Of a DNA stretch of 64,000 bases, positions 52,539-62,290 are shown in pieces. The notes beneath the pieces are model-generated. The model saw only the letters and a program-made list of their open reading frames with translations, did no database searches and was not told the origin of the DNA. This stretch comes from Candidatus Tayloriibacteriota bacterium. GTDB lineage: Bacteria > Patescibacteriota > Minisyncoccia > Phycocordibacterales > PALSA-1337. Location of the stretch: contig CALRAJ010000001.1 of assembly GCA_943350765.1 (NCBI GenBank), positions 191,066-255,065 of the forward strand. The letters are read 5' to 3'. Every line of letters starts with the position of its first letter. Position 1 is the first letter of the stretch. The position numbers were made by a program, and so were the translations under genes.

Positions 52539-52584
52539 TAAAAGATACCCTCAGCACTGCCCCAAAAGCAGTTTTTTATTTAAA

Positions 52585-53016
52585 TCATTTGCTATCAACA
52601 AATCCGATCTTTTTGACAAAAGCTGGAATAAACTTCTGATGACCTATAAATATTTCTTTTGGTAAATTGTCTAAATCAAACCATTTCCATTCTGCAAATT
52701 TATCTGGCTCTGTTACCTTTAGTTCACCTGACCAATTTTTTGCAAGAAAATTGATATGCACATAATGCACTTTCTCCAATGGATCATTTACTAGATGTAA
52801 AAATTCTAATTCATTTGATATTATACCAGTCTCCTCCTCCAATTCTCTTTTAGCTGCACCTGCTAGTGATTCTCCATATTCAAAATGACCTCCTGGTAAA
52901 CACCATGTTCCATAGCCAGTTTTTCCTATTCTTTTACCAAATAAAATCTTTCCGTCTTTAAAAACAAATATATTTACACCGATCTTTGGATATGATTTTT
53001 GATCGTTTGAGTTCAT
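52585..53016 (-). CDS. NUDIX hydrolase
   Basis: GGHFEYGESLAGAAKRELEEETG Nudix box. Confidence 0.93.
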   Translation of the reverse strand: MNSNDQKSYPKIGVNIFVFKDGKILFGKRIGKTGYGTWCLPGGHFEYGESLAGAAKRELEEETGIISNELEFLHLVNDPLEKVHYVHINFLAKNWSGELKVTEPDKFAEWKWFDLDNLPKEIFIGHQKFIPAFVKKIGFVDSK

Positions 53017-53124
53017 TGTGATTAGATAATATATTAAATCAATTTACCCAGGCTCGTGCCTAAACCGCAGTAGCGGATTGGTATCTACGCTTCGCTTCGA
53101 CCCTTGGCTGGCTCACTCTGGGTC

Positions 53125-53172
53125 ATTGAATTTAAAATATAATTTCTAAAGAAATTATATTTTAAATTCAAT
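53125..53172. repeat. Perfect AT-rich palindrome with 23-bp arms
   Basis: attgaatttaaaatataatttct-aa-agaaattatattttaaattcaat. Confidence 0.85.
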
Positions 53173-53227
53173 CTGCCCTGCATCTCTCTTTACAGGCCCG
53201 ATGCTGGATCTCGGATTTAAAATCCTA

Positions 53228-54325
53228 CTAGATTTTAAACTCTACGACATCCCCATCTTTTACCACATACTCCTTTCCCTCTGTCCGTACCAAACCCTTT
53301 TCTCGAGCCACTCCGTATGAGCCTGAGGCGAGAAGCTTGTCCCACTCGATAACTTCCGCACGCACAAACTTATCTTTAAAATCCGTGTGGATCGCCGTAC
53401 CAGCCAGAGGTGCTGTCCAACCTTTTCGTATTGTCCAAGCTCGAGTCTCCTCGACTCCAGTCGTAAAATAGGTAATCAGGTCGAGCACTTCATATCCAGC
53501 GCGAATAAGTGTATCGATACCATCGTCCTTTGCCCCTAACCCATCTCGCATTTCTTTTTTATCCGCATCAGATAGGTCCTTGAGCTCATGTTCAAAACCC
53601 GCGTCCACCACCACCCATTTTGCGCCAGTCTTTTTAAAATGTTCGATCAGTCGGGTATACCTTGCATCATTTATCTCATCAAGATTTTTGCCTCCAGCTT
53701 TTTTGTTTAAAACATACAAAAATGGCTTTGCGGTCAGCAAGTGCAAATGTTTGAGTAATGGTTTTTCAAATTCATCTGTAGTAACGGTACTGACGAGCTT
53801 CTCTGCCTCAAGAGCATTTTTTAATTTCTCTAGCAGTCCATTTTCAATCACTGCCTCTTTTTTGCCACGCTTTATATCACTTTGAATGTTTGAAAGACGC
53901 TTGGTCACTGTTTGAAGGTCGGCGAGGATAAGCTCGAGATTGATAACCTCGATATCATTGAGTGGGTCTATTTTACCATCGACATGGATTACATTATCGT
54001 CTTCAAAAATACGCACGACCTCAGCAATAGCATCCGTCTCACGGATATTAGTGAGGAATTGATTACCCAAACCCTCACCTGCCGAGGCACCTTTTACGAG
54101 CCCTGCAATATCCACAAACTCCACCGCCGCAGGCACCGTTTTTAATGTTTTAGAAAATGCAGACAACTTCCAAAGACGCTCATCTGGTACGGCTACTACA
54201 CCTACAGAAGGGTCAATTGTACAAAAAGGGTAGTTTTCAGCAGGCACACTCTTTTTAGTAAGTGCGTTAAAAAGCGTTGATTTACCGACATTTGGAAGTC
54301 CGACAATACCGATGGATAGTGACAT
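53228..54325 (-). CDS. ychF: Redox-regulated ATPase YchF
   Basis: [43 protein letters not shown]. Confidence 0.97.
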   Translation of the reverse strand: MSLSIGIVGLPNVGKSTLFNALTKKSVPAENYPFCTIDPSVGVVAVPDERLWKLSAFSKTLKTVPAAVEFVDIAGLVKGASAGEGLGNQFLTNIRETDAIAEVVRIFEDDNVIHVDGKIDPLNDIEVINLELILADLQTVTKRLSNIQSDIKRGKKEAVIENGLLEKLKNALEAEKLVSTVTTDEFEKPLLKHLHLLTAKPFLYVLNKKAGGKNLDEINDARYTRLIEHFKKTGAKWVVVDAGFEHELKDLSDADKKEMRDGLGAKDDGIDTLIRAGYEVLDLITYFTTGVEETRAWTIRKGWTAPLAGTAIHTDFKDKFVRAEVIEWDKLLASGSYGVAREKGLVRTEGKEYVVKDGDVVEFKI

Positions 54326-54456
54326 AGGAACACACTATAACACAATTTTAATTAGGAATGAAATAATAAATACAAAAGGCGTCCGTGTGTGGACACGAAC
54401 GCCTGAGTGAGAACAGCCAAAATGGCCGTGAACGAAACGAATTTGCAACGAAATAC

Positions 54457-54627
54457 TCAAAGCCCAGGGGCCTTTACCCTGTCCTGGCTTCCACAAACCA
54501 GGGGCTTGAGCCATTTCGCTGCTCCCAAAAAACAGGATGGAGTGATGCTCATAATACCAGCACTTTCAACCTGCTCGATCCGCAACTGATAATACATGCC
54601 CACAAGGAGCTCGTAGAAGAATCTCAT
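54457..54627 (-). CDS. Small hypothetical protein (56 aa)
   Basis: -10 TATGAT and purine-rich RBS before ATG 54627; terminator ggcgttcgtgt..acacggacgcc-TTTT at about 54372-54404. Confidence 0.45.
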   Translation of the reverse strand: MRFFYELLVGMYYQLRIEQVESAGIMSITPSCFLGAAKWLKPLVCGSQDRVKAPGL

Positions 54628-54806
54628 AGCTTTCTTTCTGCGACCGACATACTTTATATCATACTGCATCACAAAATACAAGTATCTAAAAAAGAACTTG
54701 ATATTTTCAGTCCAAAGGCTAAACAATGTATGTTTGAGCCTTTGGGTCGTTTTTACCCCGAAATCTCATTACTGCCTATTCTGTAGGGTGCCTCTACAAA
54801 GCCATT

Positions 54807-54933
54807 TGAACGGCTCAAGGAGCGTAGGCGACGAAGATACAGGAGCCATATCGGTGGCGGGAGTAATGAGCTCAGCAGAGCGAATGTGACGGTCTAGTAG
54901 GATTCGTTACAAGCACAGGGCTGTTGAGCCGTT
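54807..54933 (+). repeat. Family A palindrome, filled form
   Basis: ggctcaa[ggag...caagc]acagggctgttgagcc. Confidence 0.85.
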
Positions 54934-55015
54934 AGATTTTACCTATATACATGGGTTTGAATAATACATACTAGAAAATTCATATCCGTCTTTTATAATT
55001 GCATGGTATTTAACA

Positions 55016-55199
55016 AATAAAGTTTAGCCTCGTCCTATCCCCGTAGCAAGCTATTCCCTCGGATTACCTCGGCGGGGTATTAGGCGAGACGACAGGGTAA
55101 ACTTTGTTGCAAGAGTGTCGGCTCCGCCGACCTCATCTTCATTCTTGCGGATTCATCCCCGCGGCAAGCCGTCGGGGTATTCTCCACAATTGCAATAAA
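55016..55199 (+). mobile_element. Non-autonomous element with IS200/IS605-type hairpins, copy 2
   Basis: Near-identical to 44241-44424. Confidence 0.7.
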
Positions 55200-55245
55200 A
55201 AACCACGAACTTACATTCGTGGCATGGTAACTTCTGCACAGCTTA

Positions 55246-55536
55246 CTAAGCCTTTTTCTTACTGAGACCCATTTTCTTCAGAGCATCCTCCGGAGCGCTG
55301 TTGCTCTCGATGACGCCTGGCGGTGCGATGATAGCACCGCCACGACACAACCTGAAGCTGATTTTACCTTCCGTTACCAGCTTATTAACCTCCTTCACGG
55401 GATCCAAACCGGGAAAATACTCACGGAAAGCTGGGTTGAACCCAGAATAGACCGTGTGAATAGTCTTCATATTTCCTTTGACGAGTCTTTCGATTGCCAA
55501 GAGGACGAACTGCTCTACCGTCAGCTTTTCACTCAT
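55246..55536 (-). CDS. Small wHTH-like hypothetical protein
   Basis: EQFVLLAIERL..IHTVYSGFNPAFREYF..EGKISFRLCRGGA. Confidence 0.78.
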   Translation of the reverse strand: MSEKLTVEQFVLLAIERLVKGNMKTIHTVYSGFNPAFREYFPGLDPVKEVNKLVTEGKISFRLCRGGAIIAPPGVIESNSAPEDALKKMGLSKKKA

Positions 55537-55558
55537 AGTTTTTGTAGTTCTGTTTTGA

Positions 55559-56455
55559 TTACTGAACTAGCCCCATGGCACTGAGAGCCTTTTTCCCAGC
55601 ATTGACCGCTGGTTTCCGAGCTCTCTTCACAGAAACAACGACACCTTCTTCGGCAGCGGTCGCATGTAGGTTAAACCGCTTGCACCACTCGTCGTAGCGT
55701 TGATTTTGACGCGCGATGAGCTTTCCGTAGTGATCCATGACCTTTTTAACATCCGGAGGCTGAATAACCCCATCAGTAAGATCCCTCGCGACATGCTGGA
55801 GGTTGTGACCGACCACCGCACCTGTCTTTGCGAACTGGGCACCAAGCCGTGACTTCAGTTGACCAATACTGCCAGACTTGGCGCTGACCTTGTCAACTTT
55901 TCCGGTCATCGCCTCAGTGATTGATTCGGCCTTGACCCCAAACCGATCTGCGGCTTGAGGAACAGACATGCTCTCTTCAAGCACAGCTTTGATTGCCAGT
56001 TTGAGTCGTGCTTTGCCCTGAGCAGACTGGACTTCATCGAGATAATTCCTGATAAGTCTTGCAGGAAATCCGACCTGTTCACCAACATTGTGAATAATCA
56101 TGGCTCGGGTCTCACCAGCCGTCAAAAGCAGACCCATAACATGACCGATGTCCGTAGATGAGGGTGGGAGTGCCCCACCAACATTGCACTTGAGAGCACG
56201 AACAATCATTTCGGCTCTTGAACTAAAGTGCTGGAATTCGCACTCTACATCCTTAAACTCCATTGCTCGGTACGCAGCAAGCCGATGACGACCATCGACA
56301 AGCTCATTTCCGGCATCAGACAGTATAAGTGGTGGAAGTGTCACACCAGCTGTAATCAAGTCAACAAGATATTCCACATGTGCCTGATTGAGATGGAGAC
56401 GAACCACGAATGTCTCTTTGATCTCGCTGACTTTCAATTTTACTGTTTTCTTCAT
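55559..56455 (-). CDS. ParB/Srx N-terminal domain protein with HTH
   Basis: LPPLIL..LVDGRHRLAAY; MSVPQAADRFGVKAESI HTH. Confidence 0.85.
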   Translation of the reverse strand: MKKTVKLKVSEIKETFVVRLHLNQAHVEYLVDLITAGVTLPPLILSDAGNELVDGRHRLAAYRAMEFKDVECEFQHFSSRAEMIVRALKCNVGGALPPSSTDIGHVMGLLLTAGETRAMIIHNVGEQVGFPARLIRNYLDEVQSAQGKARLKLAIKAVLEESMSVPQAADRFGVKAESITEAMTGKVDKVSAKSGSIGQLKSRLGAQFAKTGAVVGHNLQHVARDLTDGVIQPPDVKKVMDHYGKLIARQNQRYDEWCKRFNLHATAAEEGVVVSVKRARKPAVNAGKKALSAMGLVQ

Positions 56456-56492
56456 ACTCTACCTTTTGCTTTTCTTTTTTTACTGTTGCTGT

Positions 56493-56750
56493 TTACTTTG
56501 CCCGAATCGGTTGTGCCGACCGAGCCCGCCAACCCTTGGCGAACTTTTCAATCCCCATCAGATAAACCATTTGGCCTTTTGACGGCGCATGATCATCTTG
56601 ATAAGCACTGATTGAAAAGGTTACTGTTGTATTCACAGGTAAACCGGATTCCGAAAAAGGGGCTTTGAGTCTTGTGACCGCATACGCCCTTTCTCCTCCT
56701 CCAATCACCGATGTCACAACAGCTTCAACTAATGAAGTTTTCTGCTCCAT
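56493..56750 (-). CDS. Small beta-rich (OB/cold-shock-like) hypothetical protein
   Basis: First gene of the operon; VTFS..PSKGQMVYL..KGWRA pattern. Confidence 0.7.
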   Translation of the reverse strand: MEQKTSLVEAVVTSVIGGGERAYAVTRLKAPFSESGLPVNTTVTFSISAYQDDHAPSKGQMVYLMGIEKFAKGWRARSAQPIRAK

Positions 56751-56911
56751 AGGCTTTATTCTGTTGTTAAGGACCTACTACAGGAAAACGACAGGCTTTC
56801 CTAAGTCCGACTTGAGGCTAGCATATAATCCATACTTAGTCAAGTAAAAATCCTTACATTTTTAATGTAAGTGCACCGAATAATCTACCTAAAAATAGAC
56901 TTCTTTCCCCC

Positions 56912-57529
56912 CTACTGACCCTTCTTCCCTATTTCGTACACCACCTTACCCCAAGACTCTTTTATTTCTGGCGTAATATTTTTGATTGGACCGATTTTCA
57001 AAACCTTTACAGGCGCAATACCTCCAAAACCAAGTATCGCATTTTTCAGAATATTAGCAGTATTACCATACATGATACGCAAAATAAGTGGGTGTGTATC
57101 AGAGGTAATAAAAATCCGTCCCGTTCTACCTGTCAATCTTTTTATCCAGCTAACTTTCGATTTCAAACGCATCATAAGACCCATCTCTGGTGTCGGTTTA
57201 ATAAAATTATAGGCAAAACCAGGGAGCCATATGCGATCAAAAAGCCCTTTTAGTAAGGCTGGCATAGATGACCACCAAGTGGGGTAGAAAATCACAACAT
57301 GCTCTGCCCATTTTATATCCTCCTGCACTTTTATTAGGTCTGGCTCTAGCACTTGAATCTTGCGGTAGCCATCATGCATAATCGGGTCAAACTGTAGATC
57401 GGAGATATTCGTTCGTCGTACTTCATACCCCGCCTCTCTAGCACCTTTTTCATACTGATCAGCAAAATACGCATTCGAGGAATTGACCTTATCTGGATGA
57501 CCAAGTAACACAAATATCTTTTTTGACAT
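56912..57529 (-). CDS. NAD(P)H-dependent oxidoreductase (flavodoxin-like fold)
   Basis: LLGHP, YPTWWSSMPALLKGLFDR. Confidence 0.9.
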   Translation of the reverse strand: MSKKIFVLLGHPDKVNSSNAYFADQYEKGAREAGYEVRRTNISDLQFDPIMHDGYRKIQVLEPDLIKVQEDIKWAEHVVIFYPTWWSSMPALLKGLFDRIWLPGFAYNFIKPTPEMGLMMRLKSKVSWIKRLTGRTGRIFITSDTHPLILRIMYGNTANILKNAILGFGGIAPVKVLKIGPIKNITPEIKESWGKVVYEIGKKGQ

Positions 57530-57722
57530 ACAGTATTTTATAAGTTAATGATAGTGGTATTGTAACCCAAATATATACAGGTGTCGATCACAAACGATCG
57601 ACCAGCGAGTACTCGAGACGGAGGATTTTAAATCCCTCGGCCTGCTGGTCTGCTCCCTTTACAAAGGGAGAATAAATACAAGTCCATTCTTAAATCACGA
57701 ATCGTAAATCTTGCTTCTAATC

Positions 57723-57944
57723 TTACTTCCCCATCATTCCCTTCAGCTCACTTTGATGCTCTTTCATTACAGCCATCATCGCCGTATTCTGATCCATACC
57801 ACCTTTAGTTTTTTCTTGTACCTCGAGAGCTATTTTCTGAAAAAAGTCTGGGTTCTTTTCAATCATGTTGAAAATCTGCTCCTGTTGCTCCTTTGGAACA
57901 TCTTTCATTTTTGACTCAAGCATTTTACGCATTATAAAATTCAT
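57723..57944 (-). CDS. Small helical Met-rich hypothetical protein
   Basis: KMKDVPKEQQEQIFNMIEKNPDFF. Confidence 0.75.
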   Translation of the reverse strand: MNFIMRKMLESKMKDVPKEQQEQIFNMIEKNPDFFQKIALEVQEKTKGGMDQNTAMMAVMKEHQSELKGMMGK

Positions 57945-57962
57945 ACGATATAAAATAAATAT

Positions 57963-58135
57963 CCAAAACTACGGAATACCGTCGCAGGTGTATCTTTTAA
58001 ATGGACTTCGGAGACGGGTAGTCGAGACTTGAGAGATTTCTTACCAAAGAAATACTCGTGGCCCGTCCACAGGTGTCTATCCCTAACTGATAGACCTTTA
58101 AAAGATACGCCTAGAAAGGTATTTCGTAGTTTTGG
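57963..58135 (+). repeat. Family C structured element, copy 3
   Basis: ccaaaactacggaatac..ggtgtatcttttaaa...tttaaaagatacgcc..gtatttcgtagttttgg. Confidence 0.85.
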
Positions 58136-58220
58136 TAATCGAGTAGACTACTACTGTAACAAAATGTACCGTATCCACAACATTGACAATACAGTACTAG
58201 TTATTATATAATAGATATGC

Positions 58221-58799
58221 CTTTGTGTTGGGTAGTCGCTCTTTTTGCTTAGGTAAAAAGGGAGGAAAGTCCGAACACTTACTCGATGAAAATCGAGAAC
58301 AGGTAGTGGGTAATCCCCATCTGGAGCAATCCACGAGGTGCGAGCAGAGACGCCGTGATCCGAAAGGGTCTGGCATCCCGATGCAAATCAGGATGAGCTT
58401 GTCTGGCAACAGACGAGGTGAAACGGCTAAACCCTTACCCGAGTGCAAGACCGTGTCAGCGCATCTCACAGAGTCGCGATGCAGTCAAAAGTCCATAGTC
58501 TAGAGCCTGGATCTAAATTCTTAACTTACGACTTTGCGGACTAAGTGCTTACTTATGACTACACCGAAGTTCTGTGAGGTGCGTTGAAGAGTCGCTTGAG
58601 CGTTGTGGTAACACATCGCCTAGAATAATGCCTATCGCCAATTTTGTTCACCGAAGGTGATTACAAAATTGAGCGTCCCGCCGAAGCCTTGGCGAAGGTG
58701 GACCCGCCTTCGTATGCAAACAAACTACGACGAGATACTCAATTTTGCACTACCTCCGGTGGGCAAAATTGGTACAGAATTCGGCTTATAGACACAAAG
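58221..58799 (+). ncRNA. rnpB: RNase P RNA, expanded (about 580 nt)
   Basis: GAGGAAAGTCCGAAC, GGTGAAAC, TAAACCC..GTGCAAG, CCTAGAATAATG, ACAGAATTCGGCTTA; P1 ctttgtgt/acacaaag. Confidence 0.92.
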
Positions 58800-58805
58800 C
58801 GTACG

Positions 58806-58839
58806 AAACTACCCGCGTAATGGCGGGTAGTTTCTTTTT
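58806..58839 (+). terminator. Intrinsic terminator of rnpB
   Basis: gaaactacccgc-gtaatg-gcgggtagtttc-TTTTT. Confidence 0.8.
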
Positions 58840-59056
58840 ATATACGATATCGAACACCTAGGTACCCTGAACTACGAAAATCTATTTAAAATATACACCT
58901 TCAAAGTATTTAGTGATTTGGGGTCATAAACTTAAACGGCTAAACACTAGCGTTTAGCCGTTTAAAGCTAGTACTAGAGCCATATTTTAGCCTAAAGGCT
59001 CAACGGCGCGCCGTTGAGCCTTTAAGCTATTTTCTCCTCCACCACCCACCTCCCCA

Positions 59057-59196
59057 TAGAATCTAAAAAATTCCGTTGGAGGCATATCTTTTAAAGAGGG
59101 TTTCGAAGCTGTCGAGCTGAGAACTTCAGGATTTTTAAGCTTCAAAAAATCCGTACTCTTTTAAAGATATGCCGAGAAAGGAATTTTTAGATTCTA
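59057..59196 (+). repeat. Family C structured element, copy 4 (abuts rpoD stop)
   Basis: tagaatctaaaaaattcc-gttgga-ggcatatcttttaaagag...ctcttttaaagatatgcc-gagaaa-ggaatttttagattcta. Confidence 0.85.
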
Positions 59197-60396
59197 ATAA
59201 TTCCTCAACCTATTTACTCGCTCATGCTGTCGTATCTTTTCATGAGCTTTAGCCTCAATCTGACGGATACGCTCACGAGTGACACCAAACTCTTTACCTA
59301 CCTCCTCTAGAGTATGAGTAATACCGTCTACGAGTCCGTGTCGCATCTCTAGAATCTTGCGTTCTTTTGGTGATAAATCATCGAGTATTTCCTTTACCTG
59401 ATCAGTGAGTATTCGTCTAGAAGAGTCTTGGTCTGGAGAAAGGATTTTATCATCGGAAAGAAAATCTCCGAGAGTAGACTTGCCATCATCGCCATCATCG
59501 CCTACCGGCTGTTCGAGCGACACCGTATCCTGATCTATTTTTTCAATATTATATACTTTTTCAACTTCAAGACCCATTTCTACAGCAATCTCCTCGGCAA
59601 GAGGCTCTCGTCCCAAATCCTGTGAAAGTCTTCGTACAACCTGCTTATATTTTGCAATCGTCTCCACCATATGTACTGGCACTCGAATAGTACGGGACTG
59701 ATCAGCAAGGGCTCGGGTAATAGCTTGTCTGATCCACCATGTAGCGTAGGTAGAAAATTTGTAGCCTTTTGTCCAATCAAACTTATCCACTGCTTTAAAT
59801 AGACCGAGATTACCCTCTTGTATAAGGTCGAGTAGAGTGAGATCGGCACTTCGTCCGACATATTTTTTTGCTATTGAAACCACGAGACGCAAGTTTGCGC
59901 GAGCGAGCAAATTCTTTGCCTCTTCATCACCTCTCTCGATACGCTGGGCAAGCTCTTTTTCCTGTGTTCCTGGGATAAGTGGATACTGACCGATTTCCTT
60001 TAAATACATCTGGATAGAATCGTACGAGGAGTCACTTTTACCACCATATGTATACTTTTTTGAAACTACCTCTTCAGGCTCAACTTCCAAAAGTCCACCA
60101 CCCTCAAGCACATCTATTCCTGAAGTAGACAGCTTACTATACAAATCATCTAAAAACATTACATCTTGCTCTATATTTGGAAACTCCTTCAAAATCTCGT
60201 CGTATGTCACAAAGCCACGCTCCTTACCCTTTAAAAGTAGCTTTGTAGCCTTTAACTCCCATTCCTTTTTACTAGAACGCGCAGAATGACTAGGCTTTTT
60301 TATTTTTGCCTTTGCTTTTGTTTTAGCTTTTAACTTTTTTGGGCTAGACTTTTTATTTTGGCTTTTTTTTACAATTTTCTTTATATTTTTTTTCAT
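59194..60396 (-). CDS. rpoD: Primary sigma factor RpoD with Lys-rich N-terminus
   Basis: [46 protein letters not shown]. Confidence 0.97.
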   Translation of the reverse strand: MKKNIKKIVKKSQNKKSSPKKLKAKTKAKAKIKKPSHSARSSKKEWELKATKLLLKGKERGFVTYDEILKEFPNIEQDVMFLDDLYSKLSTSGIDVLEGGGLLEVEPEEVVSKKYTYGGKSDSSYDSIQMYLKEIGQYPLIPGTQEKELAQRIERGDEEAKNLLARANLRLVVSIAKKYVGRSADLTLLDLIQEGNLGLFKAVDKFDWTKGYKFSTYATWWIRQAITRALADQSRTIRVPVHMVETIAKYKQVVRRLSQDLGREPLAEEIAVEMGLEVEKVYNIEKIDQDTVSLEQPVGDDGDDGKSTLGDFLSDDKILSPDQDSSRRILTDQVKEILDDLSPKERKILEMRHGLVDGITHTLEEVGKEFGVTRERIRQIEAKAHEKIRQHERVNRLRNY

Positions 60397-60484
60397 TTTA
60401 TTTTTAGAGATTATGCGATTTTGCAGAATCATACCGTATATCAGACTTTGAAACACGGCACCTGCCCAACAAAACTAGATACTG

Positions 60485-62221
60485 TTATTTCCTAGAAAGT
60501 TTTGCCAGTGTATTGCTCAATTCCTGACAACGCGCGAGAAGTACGGTAACCCTATCCACTTCCTTATTTTTTTCTGCTTCATCGAGTGCCTTCATTACTT
60601 GCGCAAACTCTCTTTTTAAATAATCTGTCTCTAAACTTTGGAGCATTTCCTCTATATCTTCTTTTATTTTTTCAGAATTACTATACATGACTTCTGATTC
60701 AAATGCGAGCTCTTGTTTTTTATCCTTACTGTCAGTGAGCACTTTATCCCAATTATCTTTTCCTAAAATATCTTCTAAACGCTTTTTCAGGACATGTACA
60801 TCTAATGTTGGCTTTTCATGAGACTCCTGCCAATAAATAATACTGAGTACCTTTCGCTCTATCGAATCTTTTCTGGAAAGTGGTGATGCTTCTACGATGG
60901 TATTTTTAGCTGTAGACCCTGCCTCAAGTTGCATGCTTTTTTCTAGGCGTTTTAGATCCTCCCAGATTGCGCTTTCATCTATCTTGGTCATATCGCGTAT
61001 TTTTGCAACAAAATGTGCCTTTTCCATACGACTTTGCAAGACAACAATATACGGCAATACTTCCTCAGAGATCGCTTTTGTTAATTTTCTATCGTCCAAG
61101 CCTCTTGCAAGTACTGTGTTCAGATGAAACTCTATTATCTGTTTGGCGTTCCGCAACATATTTTTCCAATCATCTACCGACTGTAAAACAATATCTGCAG
61201 GATCTTTACCTCCCTCTATTTGCACGATTTTAACATCCATTCCCAGAGAAAGTGCCACTTGTGCTGCTCGAGCTGAGGCGCGCACACCAGCGTTATCTGC
61301 ATCAAAAGCAATAATCATATTGGTCGATAATCGCCTAACAAGTCCGAGATTATTTACTACCGCATCTCTGGAAACAACCGAATCAGTGAGTGCAGTACCA
61401 GAGACTGCTACAGTATTTTTTATCCCTGCCTGATGAGACATAATGAGGTCCATTTGCCCTTCAACCAGTATTGAATAATCGCGTTTTCGTATTTCTAACT
61501 TAGCTTTATCTAAACCATAAAGTACATTTGATTTGTTAAATAAAACCGTATCAGGACTGTTTAGATACTTTGCTGACTTACCATCATCTACAAGTATTCT
61601 ACCTGAAAAAGCAATAACTCGGCCACTACTGTCGGAAATAGGGAACATGATCCTACCACGAAATCTATCGTAGTATCCCTTATCAGTTTTTTTAATCAAA
61701 CCAACTTTTTCCATTTCAGCAATCGAAAAGCCTTTTTTGAGTAAATGGTCATATATTGCCCTCCACCCATCAGGTACAAAACCCACTCTAAAATCGGCTA
61801 TCGTTTCATCCTTCAACCCCCTTTTTTTCAAGTATTCTTGAGCTTCTTTATTCCCCTTCAGGACATGCTCATAATATGCAGTAGCTTCTTCTATTGCAGA
61901 ATACAAACGATCTTGCTCACTACGAACCTTTACATTTTCCTTAACTAGTTCCACCCCAGCTCGCAACGCAAGAGTCTTGAGTGCTCCGATAAAATCGAGT
62001 CCTTCAAACTCCTGTACAAAAGTAAATATATCTCCTTTTGCTGCACAGCCAAAGCAGTAGTAGGAACCTCTTTCAGGAGAAACGAAAAAAGACGGTGTTT
62101 TTTCGTTATGAAAAGGACACTTTCCTTTCAGGTTGCCCCCAGCCCTTTCAAGCTTTATATACGATTCTACCACCTCGGTAATCGTCAATCGCTCCTTAAT
62201 TTTTTCGACTGAAGATGACAT
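60485..62221 (-). CDS. dnaG: DNA primase
   Basis: CPFHNEKTPSF..CFGC, DRFRGR, KYLNSP, VEGQMD, FDAD. Confidence 0.97.
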   Translation of the reverse strand: MSSSVEKIKERLTITEVVESYIKLERAGGNLKGKCPFHNEKTPSFFVSPERGSYYCFGCAAKGDIFTFVQEFEGLDFIGALKTLALRAGVELVKENVKVRSEQDRLYSAIEEATAYYEHVLKGNKEAQEYLKKRGLKDETIADFRVGFVPDGWRAIYDHLLKKGFSIAEMEKVGLIKKTDKGYYDRFRGRIMFPISDSSGRVIAFSGRILVDDGKSAKYLNSPDTVLFNKSNVLYGLDKAKLEIRKRDYSILVEGQMDLIMSHQAGIKNTVAVSGTALTDSVVSRDAVVNNLGLVRRLSTNMIIAFDADNAGVRASARAAQVALSLGMDVKIVQIEGGKDPADIVLQSVDDWKNMLRNAKQIIEFHLNTVLARGLDDRKLTKAISEEVLPYIVVLQSRMEKAHFVAKIRDMTKIDESAIWEDLKRLEKSMQLEAGSTAKNTIVEASPLSRKDSIERKVLSIIYWQESHEKPTLDVHVLKKRLEDILGKDNWDKVLTDSKDKKQELAFESEVMYSNSEKIKEDIEEMLQSLETDYLKREFAQVMKALDEAEKNKEVDRVTVLLARCQELSNTLAKLSRK

Positions 62222-62290
62222 GTATTGTACGCTTGGTTACATACTAGGACACCATCATTAGCTATACGGACTTTTTATACCAATCTACAT

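Noticed and set aside
54385-54786. 133-aa plus-strand ORF
   Set aside because: It starts in a terminator hairpin and runs through a repeat; signals favour the short minus-strand ORF.
58197-58503. Track ORFs 58225..58503 (+) and 58197..58469 (-)
   Set aside because: They overlap the RNase P RNA gene and are spurious.
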